Shown piece after piece: positions 12,001 through 23,600 of a stretch of DNA of 64,000 nucleotides (position 1 is its first letter; each line of letters starts with the position of its first letter). The notes below the pieces were generated by a model. The model saw nothing but the letters and a program-made list of their open reading frames with translations, searched no databases and was not told the DNA's origin. Source of the stretch: Pocillopora damicornis (taxonomy: Eukaryota); assembly GCF_003704095.1 (NCBI RefSeq), contig NW_020847248.1, forward strand, positions 1,178,001-1,242,000. The letters are read 5' to 3'. A program made the translations under genes and the position numbers.

Positions 12001-15000
12001 TACTCAAAAACAACAGAAGGGCGCACATTTGACAGCTACTAAAGAGATTCTACCATAATAACCTTCCTTTTTTTCTTCGAGTCAGAACAAGAAACTCACA
12101 GTTCATCGATACATCGACTCAGTCCCTGATCTGATTTATTTTATCGTGAAGTCCACAATGTCAATCCATGTTCTCGGAAAATGAAAAAGAACCGTTTGAA
12201 TGCAGGGCCGGACGGGTTTTTTTGCGAACCGGCTCGCGTCAACCCGTCTGGCTCTACACACGTCAGCTTCCACTATGGTTTTCTATTGGATAGTGCGCGC
12301 GGGACCTCACGTGACGTAAGATAAAATTCCTTAACCATTGCAAGCTACACGTGTTTGGAGAATGGGTTGATTCTTCTCAGTCCGTTCATGCCTTACGTGA
12401 CAGAGGAACTATTTCAACGATTACCGCGTAGGACTGAAGACTCACCGCCAAGTATTTGCGTCACACCTTACCCAGGGGAGGTGAGTGGTGATTGAGTACA
12501 AGGTTAGGGAAGGCAGGGAAAGGGTGCCTTTTAGTCACAACATATTCTTATTAATTCCTTTCACTTTTACAAGACTGAATAGATCCAATGATAAATTTCT
12601 ATCGAAAATAATTCTGAAATATTTGTTTTTCTTGGAAGGTTACACAGTTAACGTGTAGTTCTAGAGATCCCTCTATGTTTCTAAGGTGTTTCTTGCATGT
12701 TTAGCTTCCGTGGAGAGACGCAAACCTCGAGGACGAGTTGAATCTGGTGCAGACTATTGTGAAATCGATCCGTTCCATTCGTCAAGAGTACAACTTGACA
12801 CGTGCAAAGCCTGAAGGTATTCACCTATAAAATTCTTTTGTTTTAAATGTGGCAGTGAATAAAAAAAATGTTTCTCACCATGGTGTAGTCAAAGTTACTG
12901 ATAAGGGTGAGATCGAGGTGTTTCAAATCTGAAACTTAAACCCTTTACGCTCCAACATCAGTATGTTATTTTATGTACTGATTTTATACATTTTCCATGG
13001 TACTGACAAGGAGAATGTTTTTACTGATCAAGAGCTCCTTAAGTTGGAGATCATTTCTTTTATTCTCATGACCTTAATATTTCACTGAGTGGTGATACTC
13101 CAAGGAGAAATTGGACGCTAATCACTCGTAGCTGCGGGTTTACTTTTGTAGCTTGAGCTTGATTACGTCACAAGCTGGAATTTCGGGATTCGTTCACACC
13201 GAATCCTTAAACAAGTTTAAGAACTTAAAAAATCAATCTTTCAACGCCTTCATAATCGACACCTCTTATCCTTCAACTCTCTCGATAATATTGTTTTTTA
13301 ATTTTTTTTTAGTGTATGTAGTGTTCTCCGAACAGTCTTTGGCAGGAGCGGTCAGCAAATACACAGAAACGGCGTGCACGCTTAGTTCCAGCGAAAGGTA
13401 ATACTAAAATTCAATTGCGTGATCCTTCATAGGTTTTAGCGGCGCGTATCTTTAAAGATTCACAGCTCCATTTCGGCTAATGGGCCAGCTGGACTCCCGA
13501 CCGAGAGTTACTTTCTCGAGTCAACAAAGAGTTTAAATGGGTAACAGTCAGTTGTCCATGAGTCCCATTCAAAATGCAGTGAAGGTATCAGCTCTTTGCG
13601 CTGCTCTTAACTGGTTAATTCTAAGATTTCCTGTGGTTTTGACTCTTTTTCCTCACATGGCTGTTCATGGCTATGCTAACGTACGATGATGTACGTTACG
13701 TTTTTAAGACTCGTAGCTATGACGAAACTTTACTTCATAATATACACCCGTCCATGCGGTTGAAAAAGCACTCATTCCTCTTAATAATCAGCAAAACGCT
13801 TTTCGACTGAGTGCGGTAAAACCAAAACTTAAGTAATCCCAACGGCCAATCAAAAGAAAGGAAATTACCATAAGACCCAATGAGAACTCGAATTCAAAAC
13901 AACCAAACTGCCCAAAGCGCGGGAAAGCGCGTGCGGTCAAGTCGTGATTTGTTTCAGTTTTTGCATCCGATTGGTTGATGAAGTGATGCGGGTTTTCTAG
14001 ATCAATCACAGAGCGAAGTAAAGCGAAACGTGAGCAACCCCGGATCACATTCGACACTCATTTGAAAATTGCCCTAGTGACACTGAGATTCCTAATTAGT
14101 GTGACTGTTTCTGTTTGGCAGGATTCATGTGGTGTGCGAGGAGAAGCCTCCACGTGGATGTGCTGTGGCAACTGTCTCGGACAAGTGCGAAGTGCATGTG
14201 GTTCTCAAGGTATTTAGCTGACATCCTCTCATGTATCACCTTTTGAGTCATTTATGCGAGTGCTATAATGAGGAAACAGAAGTCGTTACACCACCTGCAT
14301 AATATTTTACAAGGTAACCCTTTCCTCTGTAATGGTTTTACTTTTAGGGTTTGGTGGATGTAGCTAAGGAAATCACAAAGTTGGAAGGAAAGAAAGATAA
14401 ACTAAATGGACAGCTGACGAAATTAAATGAAGCCATGGGAATTGCTGACTACGCCACAAAGGTATGATGCAATAAAATGGGCCAGCTTGATAAGAGGGGG
14501 AGTGTGGGGAGAGAAAGGTGTCCTTTAACATCCCTCTTTAAACCAAGCTAGCTGGTGGTAGGCACCTTAATGCCCACAGAATGGTCTTTTGGGATCGCCC
14601 TACTGGAAAACCTGCTCAGACCTTGTGGAGGAGAGGTGATTCCTCTCCTTTTGTTCTCGTTCAGTTATCTTGTGGTGCTCAATTTATCATTTTCGAGTTG
14701 CTTTAAGCCTTTGCATGAAAATGAAGCTTAGTGCGAAAATGAGTTTTGCTTGGATGTAAAAGGATAAGCACCAAAACCTGTTGATAAAAAAGGAGACTAC
14801 AGAAGTCGGGAAGGACCATTAGCTTAAATTACGTTATATTTCCTCTTTTGATGGTAATCAACATTTGCTGTTTTATGTGAACATTTCAGGTACCGGAGAA
14901 CGTTCAGCAACAAAATTCTGAGAAGGTAAATCTTTTGTAATTAACCTTCAATATATTTAATTTTATCAAATGTACAAGATTCAAATTACGAAGTTGTAAC

Positions 15001-15426
15001 GAAATCAGGCGGGAAAACTACTCTCTTGCTTAGGTTAGGTTTAAAAATGATTGTTGCAGGTGATTGTTGCCAAACTTTAAACGGTCATTTCCAAGATCAC
15101 TAAACCAGGACGATCACACCACAAGATTAACTTTGGTTTACGATTCTCAATCAAGAAGGGCAGAAGTTATAAGCAGTAGCTTGATTTACCTGAAACACCT
15201 TCAATTTTTACCAGGTTTGGGGGAGGGTTTTAACTAACTTTCAACTCCAGGCCTAAAACCGTTTACTTCAAAGGTAAATTCTATGTGAACTTATCTTGGG
15301 TCATGTGACATGACTATTACTTCTCAGAGATTGATTTTGGCTGTTTTCCTGTTTCAGCTCAAACAATTAGAGACTGAGCTTGGGAAGATCGAAAAGGCGA
15401 TTGCTTCCTTTAAACTGGCTGAATAA
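1..15426 (+). CDS. VARS1: Valyl-tRNA synthetase, cytosolic type (5'-partial, about 29 exons in window)
   Basis: Spliced exons approx 1-127, 332-398, 1336-1433, 1834-1915, 2373-2492, 2686-2794, 2986-3074, 3269-3359, 4015-4157, 5864-5967, 6497-6578, 6863-6939, 7304-7394, 7912-7937, 8070-8149, 8242-8312, 8945-9176, 9388-9456, 10496-10574, 10904-11031, 11313-11468, 11586-11649, 12345-12480, 12705-12816, 13312-13397, 14122-14209, 14348-14461, 14890-14925, 15358-15426 (TAA). Motifs: [13 protein letters not shown] (HIGH), [69 protein letters not shown] (KMSKS), [28 protein letters not shown] and FSSGLFP favour cytosolic VARS1 over mitochondrial VARS2. Confidence 0.96.
4211..5306. mobile_element. Non-autonomous piggyBac-like DNA transposon (about 1.1 kb, internal N-gap)
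   Basis: TTAA target-site duplication on both sides (4211-4214, 5303-5306); TIRs CCCATTGACTCCT / AGGTGTCAATGGG (12/13 match); subterminal ACGGGCGGTT direct repeats at the right end. Confidence 0.8.
7050..7156 (+). ncRNA. SNORD16: Box C/D snoRNA, U16/SNORD16 (snR87)-like, copy 1, in VARS intron 6940-7303
   Basis: C box GTGATGT 7057-7063; guide GTAATTTGCGC followed by D' CAGA; internal stem GGGAACAGA/TTTGTTCTT; C' TTGACGA; D box CTGA 7148-7151; terminal stem CAGG/CCTG. The guide is complementary to conserved 18S GCGCAAAUUAC. Layout matches vertebrate U16 as recalled (TGATGTCGTAATTTGCG...GGTTGACGA...CTGA). Confidence 0.85.
8691..8800 (+). ncRNA. SNORD16: Box C/D snoRNA, U16/SNORD16-like, copy 2, in VARS intron 8313-8944
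   Basis: Perfect 7-bp terminal stem AAGAGGA (8691-8697)/TCCTCTT (8794-8800); C box GTGATGT 8699-8705; guide 8707-8717; D' CAGA 8718-8721; stem GGAACAGA/TCTGTTCT; C' TTGACGA; D box CTGA 8790-8793. Confidence 0.87.
9693..9771 (-). mobile_element. Penelope/retrozyme-type repeat fragment with degenerate minimal type I hammerhead ribozyme
   Basis: Minus strand reads GCT-TTGACGA-AGAACAAACGCTC-GAAA-CG-TC-AGC (9767-9734). Stem I GCT/AGC, core CUGANGA (C mutated to U), GAAA, palindromic ACGT stem III, and a UC cleavage site. Confidence 0.65.
11650..12344 (+). other. U12-type (minor spliceosome) GT-AG intron in VARS
   Basis: 5' splice site GTATCCTT at 11650; branch site TTCCTTAAC at 12327-12335, 9 nt from the end of the intron (AG at 12343-12344); no polypyrimidine tract. 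Splicing restores ...TARNTL|YTCLENGL... in frame. Confidence 0.9.
11790..12325. repeat. Dispersed repeat with a long palindromic end, inside the U12 intron
   Basis: 11797-11933 forms an imperfect palindrome of about 135 bp (TTATTGACTGAGT...ACGGACC/GGTCCGT...ACTCGGTAAATAA). The rest is GC-richer than the intron background. Confidence 0.55.
13790..14078. mobile_element. MITE-like dispersed repeat family (CCAATCAGA / GCGCGGGAAAACGCG core); representative copy
   Basis: Related copies in either orientation at approx 7430-7715, 8380-8560, 23965-24140, 24750-24880, 25920-26100, 34490-34640, 54400-54592. Confidence 0.7.
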
Positions 15427-15917
15427 TTGAATTCAATGCTCCTGTCGAGAATAATGGTAAATGAATGGAATACCAAATATTTTTCTGCGTCTCCGTTGGT
15501 ATCAGAACCTGCGCAACTTTCTTTGTTCACCTCGCTCAGTCAACAGGCCCTCGCGGTCTGGCCAATCCTGAACCCCACTATGGGCCGTGGTCCTCAACTC
15601 ATTCCGAACTTCTCTTGGACAACAGCTTAAGGAAGAAACCCGGAAACTCGGTTGCTATTCACCTTCACTGTAATGCTGCGTGCGTGCATGTGCTGTTCGT
15701 GGAACGCGATGAAAGGTTCTCGAAGAGTGATTGTTGCGTTGTTCGACCTCTATTTGCACCTTCAAGTCACGGTCAGGCTGTTTAAGCGGCGGTCTCGTCC
15801 ACCATCTACAATGAGTGGCAAAAGTTTTGGGGCGCTAATTCTCACCTTGTTTGAACGGTTTCCAGTTTACTCATTTTAGGGCTGGATCTGAGCAACTTTC
15901 TTGGGAAATGGGTGGTT

Positions 15918-15920
<3 letters not shown>

Positions 15921-15956
<36 letters not shown>
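15921..15956 (+). repeat. Poly-G tract (36 nt) downstream of VARS stop
   Basis: Direct observation. A poly-C tract of 28 nt also lies at 34383-34410. Confidence 0.9.
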
Positions 15957-15957
<1 letters not shown>

Positions 15958-17697
15958 CGATGGCAAAAGTAATAAGAACCTCAATAATCAGGGGACTCCC
16001 TCTAAAGTGTAATGTTGATTTTATTCGTCCCCAGTACTTCTGTAACTCATTGCAGTTTTTCCAGCGTTGGCTCCAAATAATTCTATGAAATTACTTGACA
16101 GAAAATAGCTTGGAGCTATTTCATTTGGATAATCAACTAAACTGATCTTAAATTTACTGCAAATTTATCTTGTGCGAAATATTTTTGTTATGTGTGTAGG
16201 AACTTCGACGAAGCCTTTTTTATTTCTAATTAAATCAAAATATTCTGGAACTTAAAATTTGCGGTATTAAAGAAGAGGAGTTGAAATTACGCGTTATCAC
16301 TTGATCTTGAAATTTTAAACTCTGATTTCAACCCGGTCGTAACAAACGACGACTGACCTTGATCTTCCGAAGCTTCNNNNNNNNNNCCCCCCCGCTTTCA
16401 GCTTCCCACAGCTCACAGATGCAACTTTCATTTTACATACTGAAATAACACAATAGAATATCACTGAATAACAAGGATCTACTGTTATGAATACCCTTTA
16501 ATTTACCGCCTTAAATATAACCATGTACCGTTTTTACATTGACCAAAATATAACTATTATCTCCCGATATTTTTTAAGTTCCCTTTCCGCTTTTAAACAA
16601 GTCACTTCTTATCTTCGTATTGCACGATATACGCTTCTTACAAATTAGTTACAAATCATTCTACTCAAGTTCCTAGCAACGACACAAAGTTCATTTTACC
16701 TTAAATCTTTATCATGTATTTTTGTCATCCACCCACACTTGTGATTTATTATTATTGCTGGAATATAACCCTATCCTAGAAAACTAATAATTCAAAATTT
16801 TCCTTAGTGTGAACCAATCTTCGTTACAAAAATAACACTCTAAATAAGCTAACATTAAAAATCGCTGGGTTGTCATCAAGTGCACTGGTATCAAAATTCT
16901 CTCGGTGTGGGGGAGGGAGGAGGGGTTGGAAAGGGGCGTTCGCCCCCTCCTCAACCAAGACCCGAGAGTCTTGAGTAGCTATCGCAAACTGAAGTTGGCT
17001 TCTCCACAGCGGCTCGTAGATTCTAATAATAGGTCATAATAGGGGCTGTTTAAAATTTTAAAAAAAAACCTCCAATTTTTTCTTTCTTCCCTTTTAGCCA
17101 CTTTGCAACAAACAAAAAAACTACAAATTCACATGAAATTGCAATTTTACTTAGATACAAATAGATAAATTCCAGTTGTGGTACTGGAAGACAAACGACT
17201 GAGTGCACCAATATTTTCCACATTTGTTTTCACCCTGCAATTTTGAACGAAATCAAGTATGACCCTGATTAAGATACATAAATAAATGATAAATAACAAT
17301 ATTTTTTGAGCAGTTAAATATTTTCGCTTGTTTTCTCGACTGTGAAGGAACCCGGGCGACAGCAGTCATAAACATCATCAACAAATTCGAAACACAATGA
17401 ACCACTAACAAATGATACGTATAATTTTATGGGAACTTGAAACCATGAGAAATTTACCAAGCCTCGCTCATCAAGATCAGAACTGTCTGCAGCTTCAAAA
17501 ATTCGTGGAGGCGCCAAAAGAAAGGCGTGCCTGCAAAATTACAAAATAGTTTTACAAAGTGAAGAAAGCTACCTGTTGCTACAAGACCAATCTCATACCC
17601 AGACCCCCATGGGTATGAGGTTACTAGAAGACCATTCCCCGCTCACTTTACCCTAAATAACATTCTTCGAAGGTAGTGATCATAACTAAGAAACTTT

Positions 17698-20600
17698 TCA
17701 TAGATAATCATTCGCAGATGAAAACGGGACCAAACTCACCCGGTCAGAGAAGGTTACTTGCCAGGCGTCATCATCATCATCATATGCCCCAGGCTCCCCA
17801 TCTTCCTCTTCCAAAGCACTGAACCGCACCTCGTCAGACCAAATGTCTCGCAACCTCTCCGCACGCCTGCGTACTCTGAATCTCGACCCAGTCCTTCCAG
17901 TCGACAATGATTTGTCGTCAAAATCAATTTCGTCCGTTTGTTGACGGGCAAAGTTGATAAAAACCTGGGAAAATTGAACAAGATTTAACAACAAGATAGC
18001 CCATAAACCTAAGGGACAGGAAAGATCGAAGAAGCAGCCGGAAGAATTACTTACGTTATCCAGTGTTGTCTGGCTAACGGAATAGTCCTCGATTTTCAAC
18101 ACTTCATAGGATGATTCAATATGACCAAACACCTCGGAGAGTGCCATGACACCCGAGGGGAGCTGGTACTGAACCATGTTATGATGATTTTCCTGAAAAC
18201 GAGTGAATTTTTCTAGAGTAAGTGCCAAAGGAGTTACGCTATGATTCTTCTAAATAGTGTTCAGGCGTCAGAGAGAATTCCCTTTTATCAGAGGGAAGCC
18301 TTAACATAATAGTGTGTTCGTGCAGGAAAAAAAGGGGACAAGAACAAACGATGAAGGAACATGGATTTTTTTAAATGTTTATAATTTAACAGTTTCACCA
18401 ATTAGATTTTTCAAAGCTAAATACCCTGACACTTAAATCAAGTCTACCATACCATACCGTCTAGCAAACATGTAGTTGGAAAATTGCGTAAGTCTGTTTT
18501 ACCTTCAACGTTGCACGAGGGAACTTTTCGGAGAAAAACTGGTACAAAGGCTCCAAATTGGGTAGGTCTCCCTGAACACGGACAGTGATGATGTAGCCCT
18601 CCCCGAACCTGTCAAAAATTGAACGCGTTCCAGGTAAATCGAGCTTCTGCTCACAACTTCAGCCCTTTTTGATTGAGAATCATTAACCAAAACTAAAGTA
18701 CTCGCAACGGATATAAGTAACTCTGCATATAAGTAACTTCTCAAAAGAAGCAATGATAAGTCAAAAAAAAAAAACAAACACCAAAACTAAAGCGCAAGAA
18801 AGGCTAACAGTCAAGTCTAGCTCAGTCTGGTGGTGGCGCGAAACTTTTGGACCAATCAGAAAGCATTTTTAGACGAAAACATTGCTATTCTGGATTATTT
18901 TTGACACTCTACTGAAAAAGGGGTGGAACAGGATCCAAAAACAACTCGTAACTCTCCTTTGTGGATATTCGTGTGTACAACTGACCTGTTTTTCAGGTGT
19001 TGACAGCTTCCAAGGCACTTAAAGCGGCCATTGACCATGATAGCCAAGCGAGTGCACAGTGCTTCACATTCCTCCATACTGTTGGACATAACATAAGCGT
19101 GAGTTTAACCGAAAAAAACTGATTAAAACTTACGAGTAGTTTTGTGCTAGCCGTTGCTAAAAACTGACCTGTGCGAAGTCAAGATAACTGAGCGGCCGTC
19201 CTTAATGATATCCATTATCAAATTCCACAGAAAGCGACGAGCATGTGGATCCATCCCTGTGGTAGGCTCATCCTGAACACAGGAAAAAATGAAAAGAAAC
19301 ATTGTGATCAATCAAATTAGAGGGTCTCATATATCCCGAATCAGGACTCAAGGAATACAAAAACTGTCTTTTTCGAAGTCGTTAATGCTTTGTGAAAACA
19401 TGGGATACATATTCAAAACATGAACAGAGAAAAACCTGAGTGCGGAAAACCATAACCAAACAAACATATTTCAAACTGAAGCTGACATTTGCTTTGAACA
19501 ACCCCTCCAAAGTAGGGTCTACTTAGTTGAAATTTAGCATTTCGAAGTAGATTAACCTTGTCCTTATCTCGAAATATCGCATGTAACGGAAAGTTGGTTT
19601 AAAAAAAATTATCTCTCTTCGCTAACTGTCTACAAAAGGTTTGTTGGGGTTTCGTTTTAATTTGTATAATACTCAAAAAACAACAAATAACACGAATTAA
19701 TTACCAAGAATATTATTGGCGGGTTGCCAATCAGAGCCATGGCGGTTGAAAGTTTCCTTTTGTTTCCACCGCTGTACGTTTTGCTGGGTCTGTTAGCAAA
19801 GCGTGACAGTGAAAGCTTCTTGAGCGCCCACGATACAACCTAACGATAAATACAAGATTCCATCACGACAGAAATCTATACTACGTAAGATAAACGCTAG
19901 AGAGTGAATTTGTAAAAATGATGCTCGCGGGTTAGCGAGACCTAAATTTGCAAACAAAACTTTTTAACCCTTCAACTCCCGCGATTTGATTAGAGGTTCT
20001 TAATCCTTATATCAAATAAAACTCTACAACTAAAACGTTTATCCATTTTCATCTACTTTTAATCGATGATGTGGTGAAATTTTGAGAGAAGTTAGCACTT
20101 TAGATTACTTCTGAGCCAAACAGGGATATTGAGTCCCCTTCATTTGTTTCACGGTTCATTAAGACATGGTAGCTTGATGCGTGATCCAACTGAATTCTCA
20201 TTTTGGGGGGCAAATGGGACAATGACCCAGTTTTTTATTAAATTTTCCACAACCAGTTGTTACCAGTGACACAAAATTTAGGAATCGTGAAATTTAAGTA
20301 CAGAACGTTTAAAACAGGTCGAAACTAAATTTCTTTATTTTCCTTTTAACTACTATTTTCATAGGTTTTGTCTCAAAGTGGCATTCTATCTCAAAGAAGG
20401 TAAGTTTAAAATCTAAAATCGCAAGCGCTACAGAGGGCTACGCAGATGGTCCATGCTACTTACCGACTGCAATTCGTTTCCAGGAATTCCTCTAAGCCGT
20501 GCGTAAAGCGTCAGATGTTCACTCGCTGTCAGTTCATCGATGAGAGCGTCGAACTGGGGACAATATCCCATGCACTTATGGACCTTCTGCATCTCGGACA

Positions 20601-23600
20601 CAATACTGTTGTCAAAGAAAAAACAAACGTTAATTAATTGATCTGTCATTTCATCGGTAAAACAGTCCATACTTATGTCTATCTCGTCAATGTCTGTCTA
20701 CATCCGTCAGTCTGTCTGTCTGCCTGCCGTAACAGCGTCTCTATAAGCATCTGTTTCTGTCTATAGGTCATTGCCTCACTGAGTCTGTCAGTCTGTCTAT
20801 CCGTTTATCCATCTGTCTATCCATTAATGTGTCTGTCTGTCTGTAAATGTGTCTGTTTCCGCGTCTGTCAGTTCGTCAATCTACCCATCTGTCTCCCTGT
20901 CTGGAAGGCCATTCACCTACCTAAAACATCTATCTAATTACACGATCGAAAATTCGAATTATCGATGAGAGGGCTAATTAGAGCGACAACTCCAAGACTG
21001 TCCGATAATTTCCAAAGAGGGCGGATGTTCAGATTGTTTCAAAGCAGTCAAATGTCCTGACCAGATTGGTTATGTTGCAAGCTATTTGGTGTTCCACTCT
21101 ACGCTCCTTTTCACTTATCCATCGATAGCTGTTTTACCACATTGGGGTGGACACCAGAGGGTCGAAGGGCGAGAGGAAGACCAAAAACCACTTGGAGAAG
21201 GACTGTCGAAAGAGAGAGAGGCAAGGCAGGGTGGAAGAGCTGGAATTTGGCCAAGGCAGTGGCACACGACAGGGGGGTTGGGAGGACAATGTGACGGCCT
21301 CATGCGCCTTCTGATGCAACGAGCGATGATGATGATGATGATGATGACCGATAACTATTGCAATAAGCAACTGCAAAACTCATTTTCAGTGAACTAACCT
21401 TCGGCTTATGACTAACCTGTGTGTGTTTAGGTAGGCATTTCCCGCCGTCATTGAGGTGTCTCCGGTTAACATCTTAAATGTACTCGTTTTTCCAGCTCCA
21501 TTAACACCGAGCAAACCAAAACACTGCAAGGACGAAGGATAACCTTGAGAAAATGCGCTGTGAATTTTCTACCAAAGAATCTTCAAATGAATTTGCAAAT
21601 CAGTTCCAACTGATAGTGTAAAACTCACCTCTCCCTTAGGTACCCCTAAACAAAGTCTATCCACGGCCAGATGCTTACCACGCTTTCTAGAAAAGTAAAC
21701 CTTCGAAGAGAAAAGGAAGATAAATTGGTGACAATCCCGAAATTTATTGAAAAGTCGTATTTCAAAGGCAGTTATCTTTTGTTTTCATCAGCAATAACGC
21801 TGAGAATAACGCCACTGACTTCGATTAAGCAAACGAGGCTGTGTTACACCTGTATCTACTGTGTAACTGATCTAAATCCATTCACCACTGAATCTTCGCG
21901 GATCGCAACGCCTCACCTTTGTTAAGTTTTCTAACCGTACAAGGTCCCTTCTGGCGCCTCCACTCAGAACCCTATCTTTCTCAGCTGCTACGTCCTCGTC
22001 CAGGCCCTCCACTGGTTCCTTGGACACGTGCGTGCGTCTTAAGAGAACACATCGGTATAAATTATAACAACTATCATTTCGTGGCGTTCTTCCTTTATTC
22101 CTGTCAATACTGCGATCTAAAATCAACTCTCTTACTACTTGCCAAACATATCTTACCAATTTCAGCTCTAAGAATTTTTCGTCAAAACAGTGAATATTGC
22201 CCAATTGAAAGTTTTCTTTTAACCTTATCAATATTTTGCTTGAAAATATTAACATTACATGTAGAGATTCCTTTTGGTTTTTCTTGCAGGTGAAGGACTT
22301 TAAAAGCTCACCTTCGCTTCACAAAGAATCTGAATTCTATCAGCACGGTGAAAATAAAGAACACTATTCCTTCCACAGCCATGCATGCCAGGTTACGTGT
22401 TGTGAGGAGCCATTCAAAGGGATCCCTAATCTTATCGTCCTCACCTGAAAACAGACAAAAGGTCTAAAACGAAGACGAAGCCAACTGCGTTGGAACTAAA
22501 CCACTTGGGAAAAAACTTAATTGTCTAAGCTTTTAGCCTGATAACTGAGTCGTCGGAAATATCAACCATCTAGGAGTAACTGTTTTTCTCCCTTTGTTTT
22601 GGTCAGATTCATGAAAATGGTTACATCAGTTATACCTATTTATGTCTAGTGCAATTTCTAATGTGCTCTAACAACTCGTAATTGATTTTATTCCATACAT
22701 ACTGAGATTTACACTGCGAAGTATTATCATTCGTGTCTCTGATTGGACGAACGATGTATTTTCACAGTCGTTCGCTTCCAGTCTTCGAATTCAAATGTGA
22801 AAAAATATGGGAATGTTTGAAATAAAAACATCATACCATCAAAAGTGCTGGAACGACTTTAGGTCATTCGTTGCAATGTATAAAAAAAAATCACTCGTTC
22901 GCGGCGCTCACTAGTTCGTTTTTTTGATGCATCGCAACTTGTGAATAAACATCTTTCGCGCGCTCTTTCCATGATATAATCTCCATGTTATACCTATCTG
23001 TGTGTAGTACTCTGTCAAATACTGATTGTAAGCCAGGTCCATAAGACCATGTCCCAAACAGTAGTTCGGAAATCCAAGATTGATAATTCTCAAGGCTTCG
23101 TAAATTTTGGTTAACAGCTGAAAAAAAGAGCAAATAGATTCAATCAGGAACTTCAAAGGAGAGCTCACTATTGAGGGGAGTCACCTATCAAACAATACAA
23201 CATATTATCCATTTACATACTATTTCATAGGAAGCAGCATGAACGATACTGAGAACAAAAAATGTCCTTCTCACGTGTATCATACATTCAAATTGGTTGC
23301 TTGCAGTCCTTCATTGTTAATCGTCTCTATTCTGAATCATTCTTGTTCCTTTATGGGACATTTTCCCATATTGCTGTCACTCTCTCTGACAAATTAAAAT
23401 TTTTCGATTTCCCTCACGTTCAAGGTAATTTTGTGCGTTGAAAAAAAGATCCTGAAAACATTGTGTGATAGTTATATAACTCCGCCAGTTTTTTTTACTT
23501 TACCGTGTCGTCGTTAGTTTGCTTAGCATCATCTCTAACCAAACGCTGCATGCTAAGAGAAAATTTAGGTAGAGCACGAGATTTAAGCACACATAAATAT

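Noticed and set aside
15427-15879. Three overlapping ORFs after the VARS stop
   Set aside because: No recognisable domain; most simply VARS 3' UTR.
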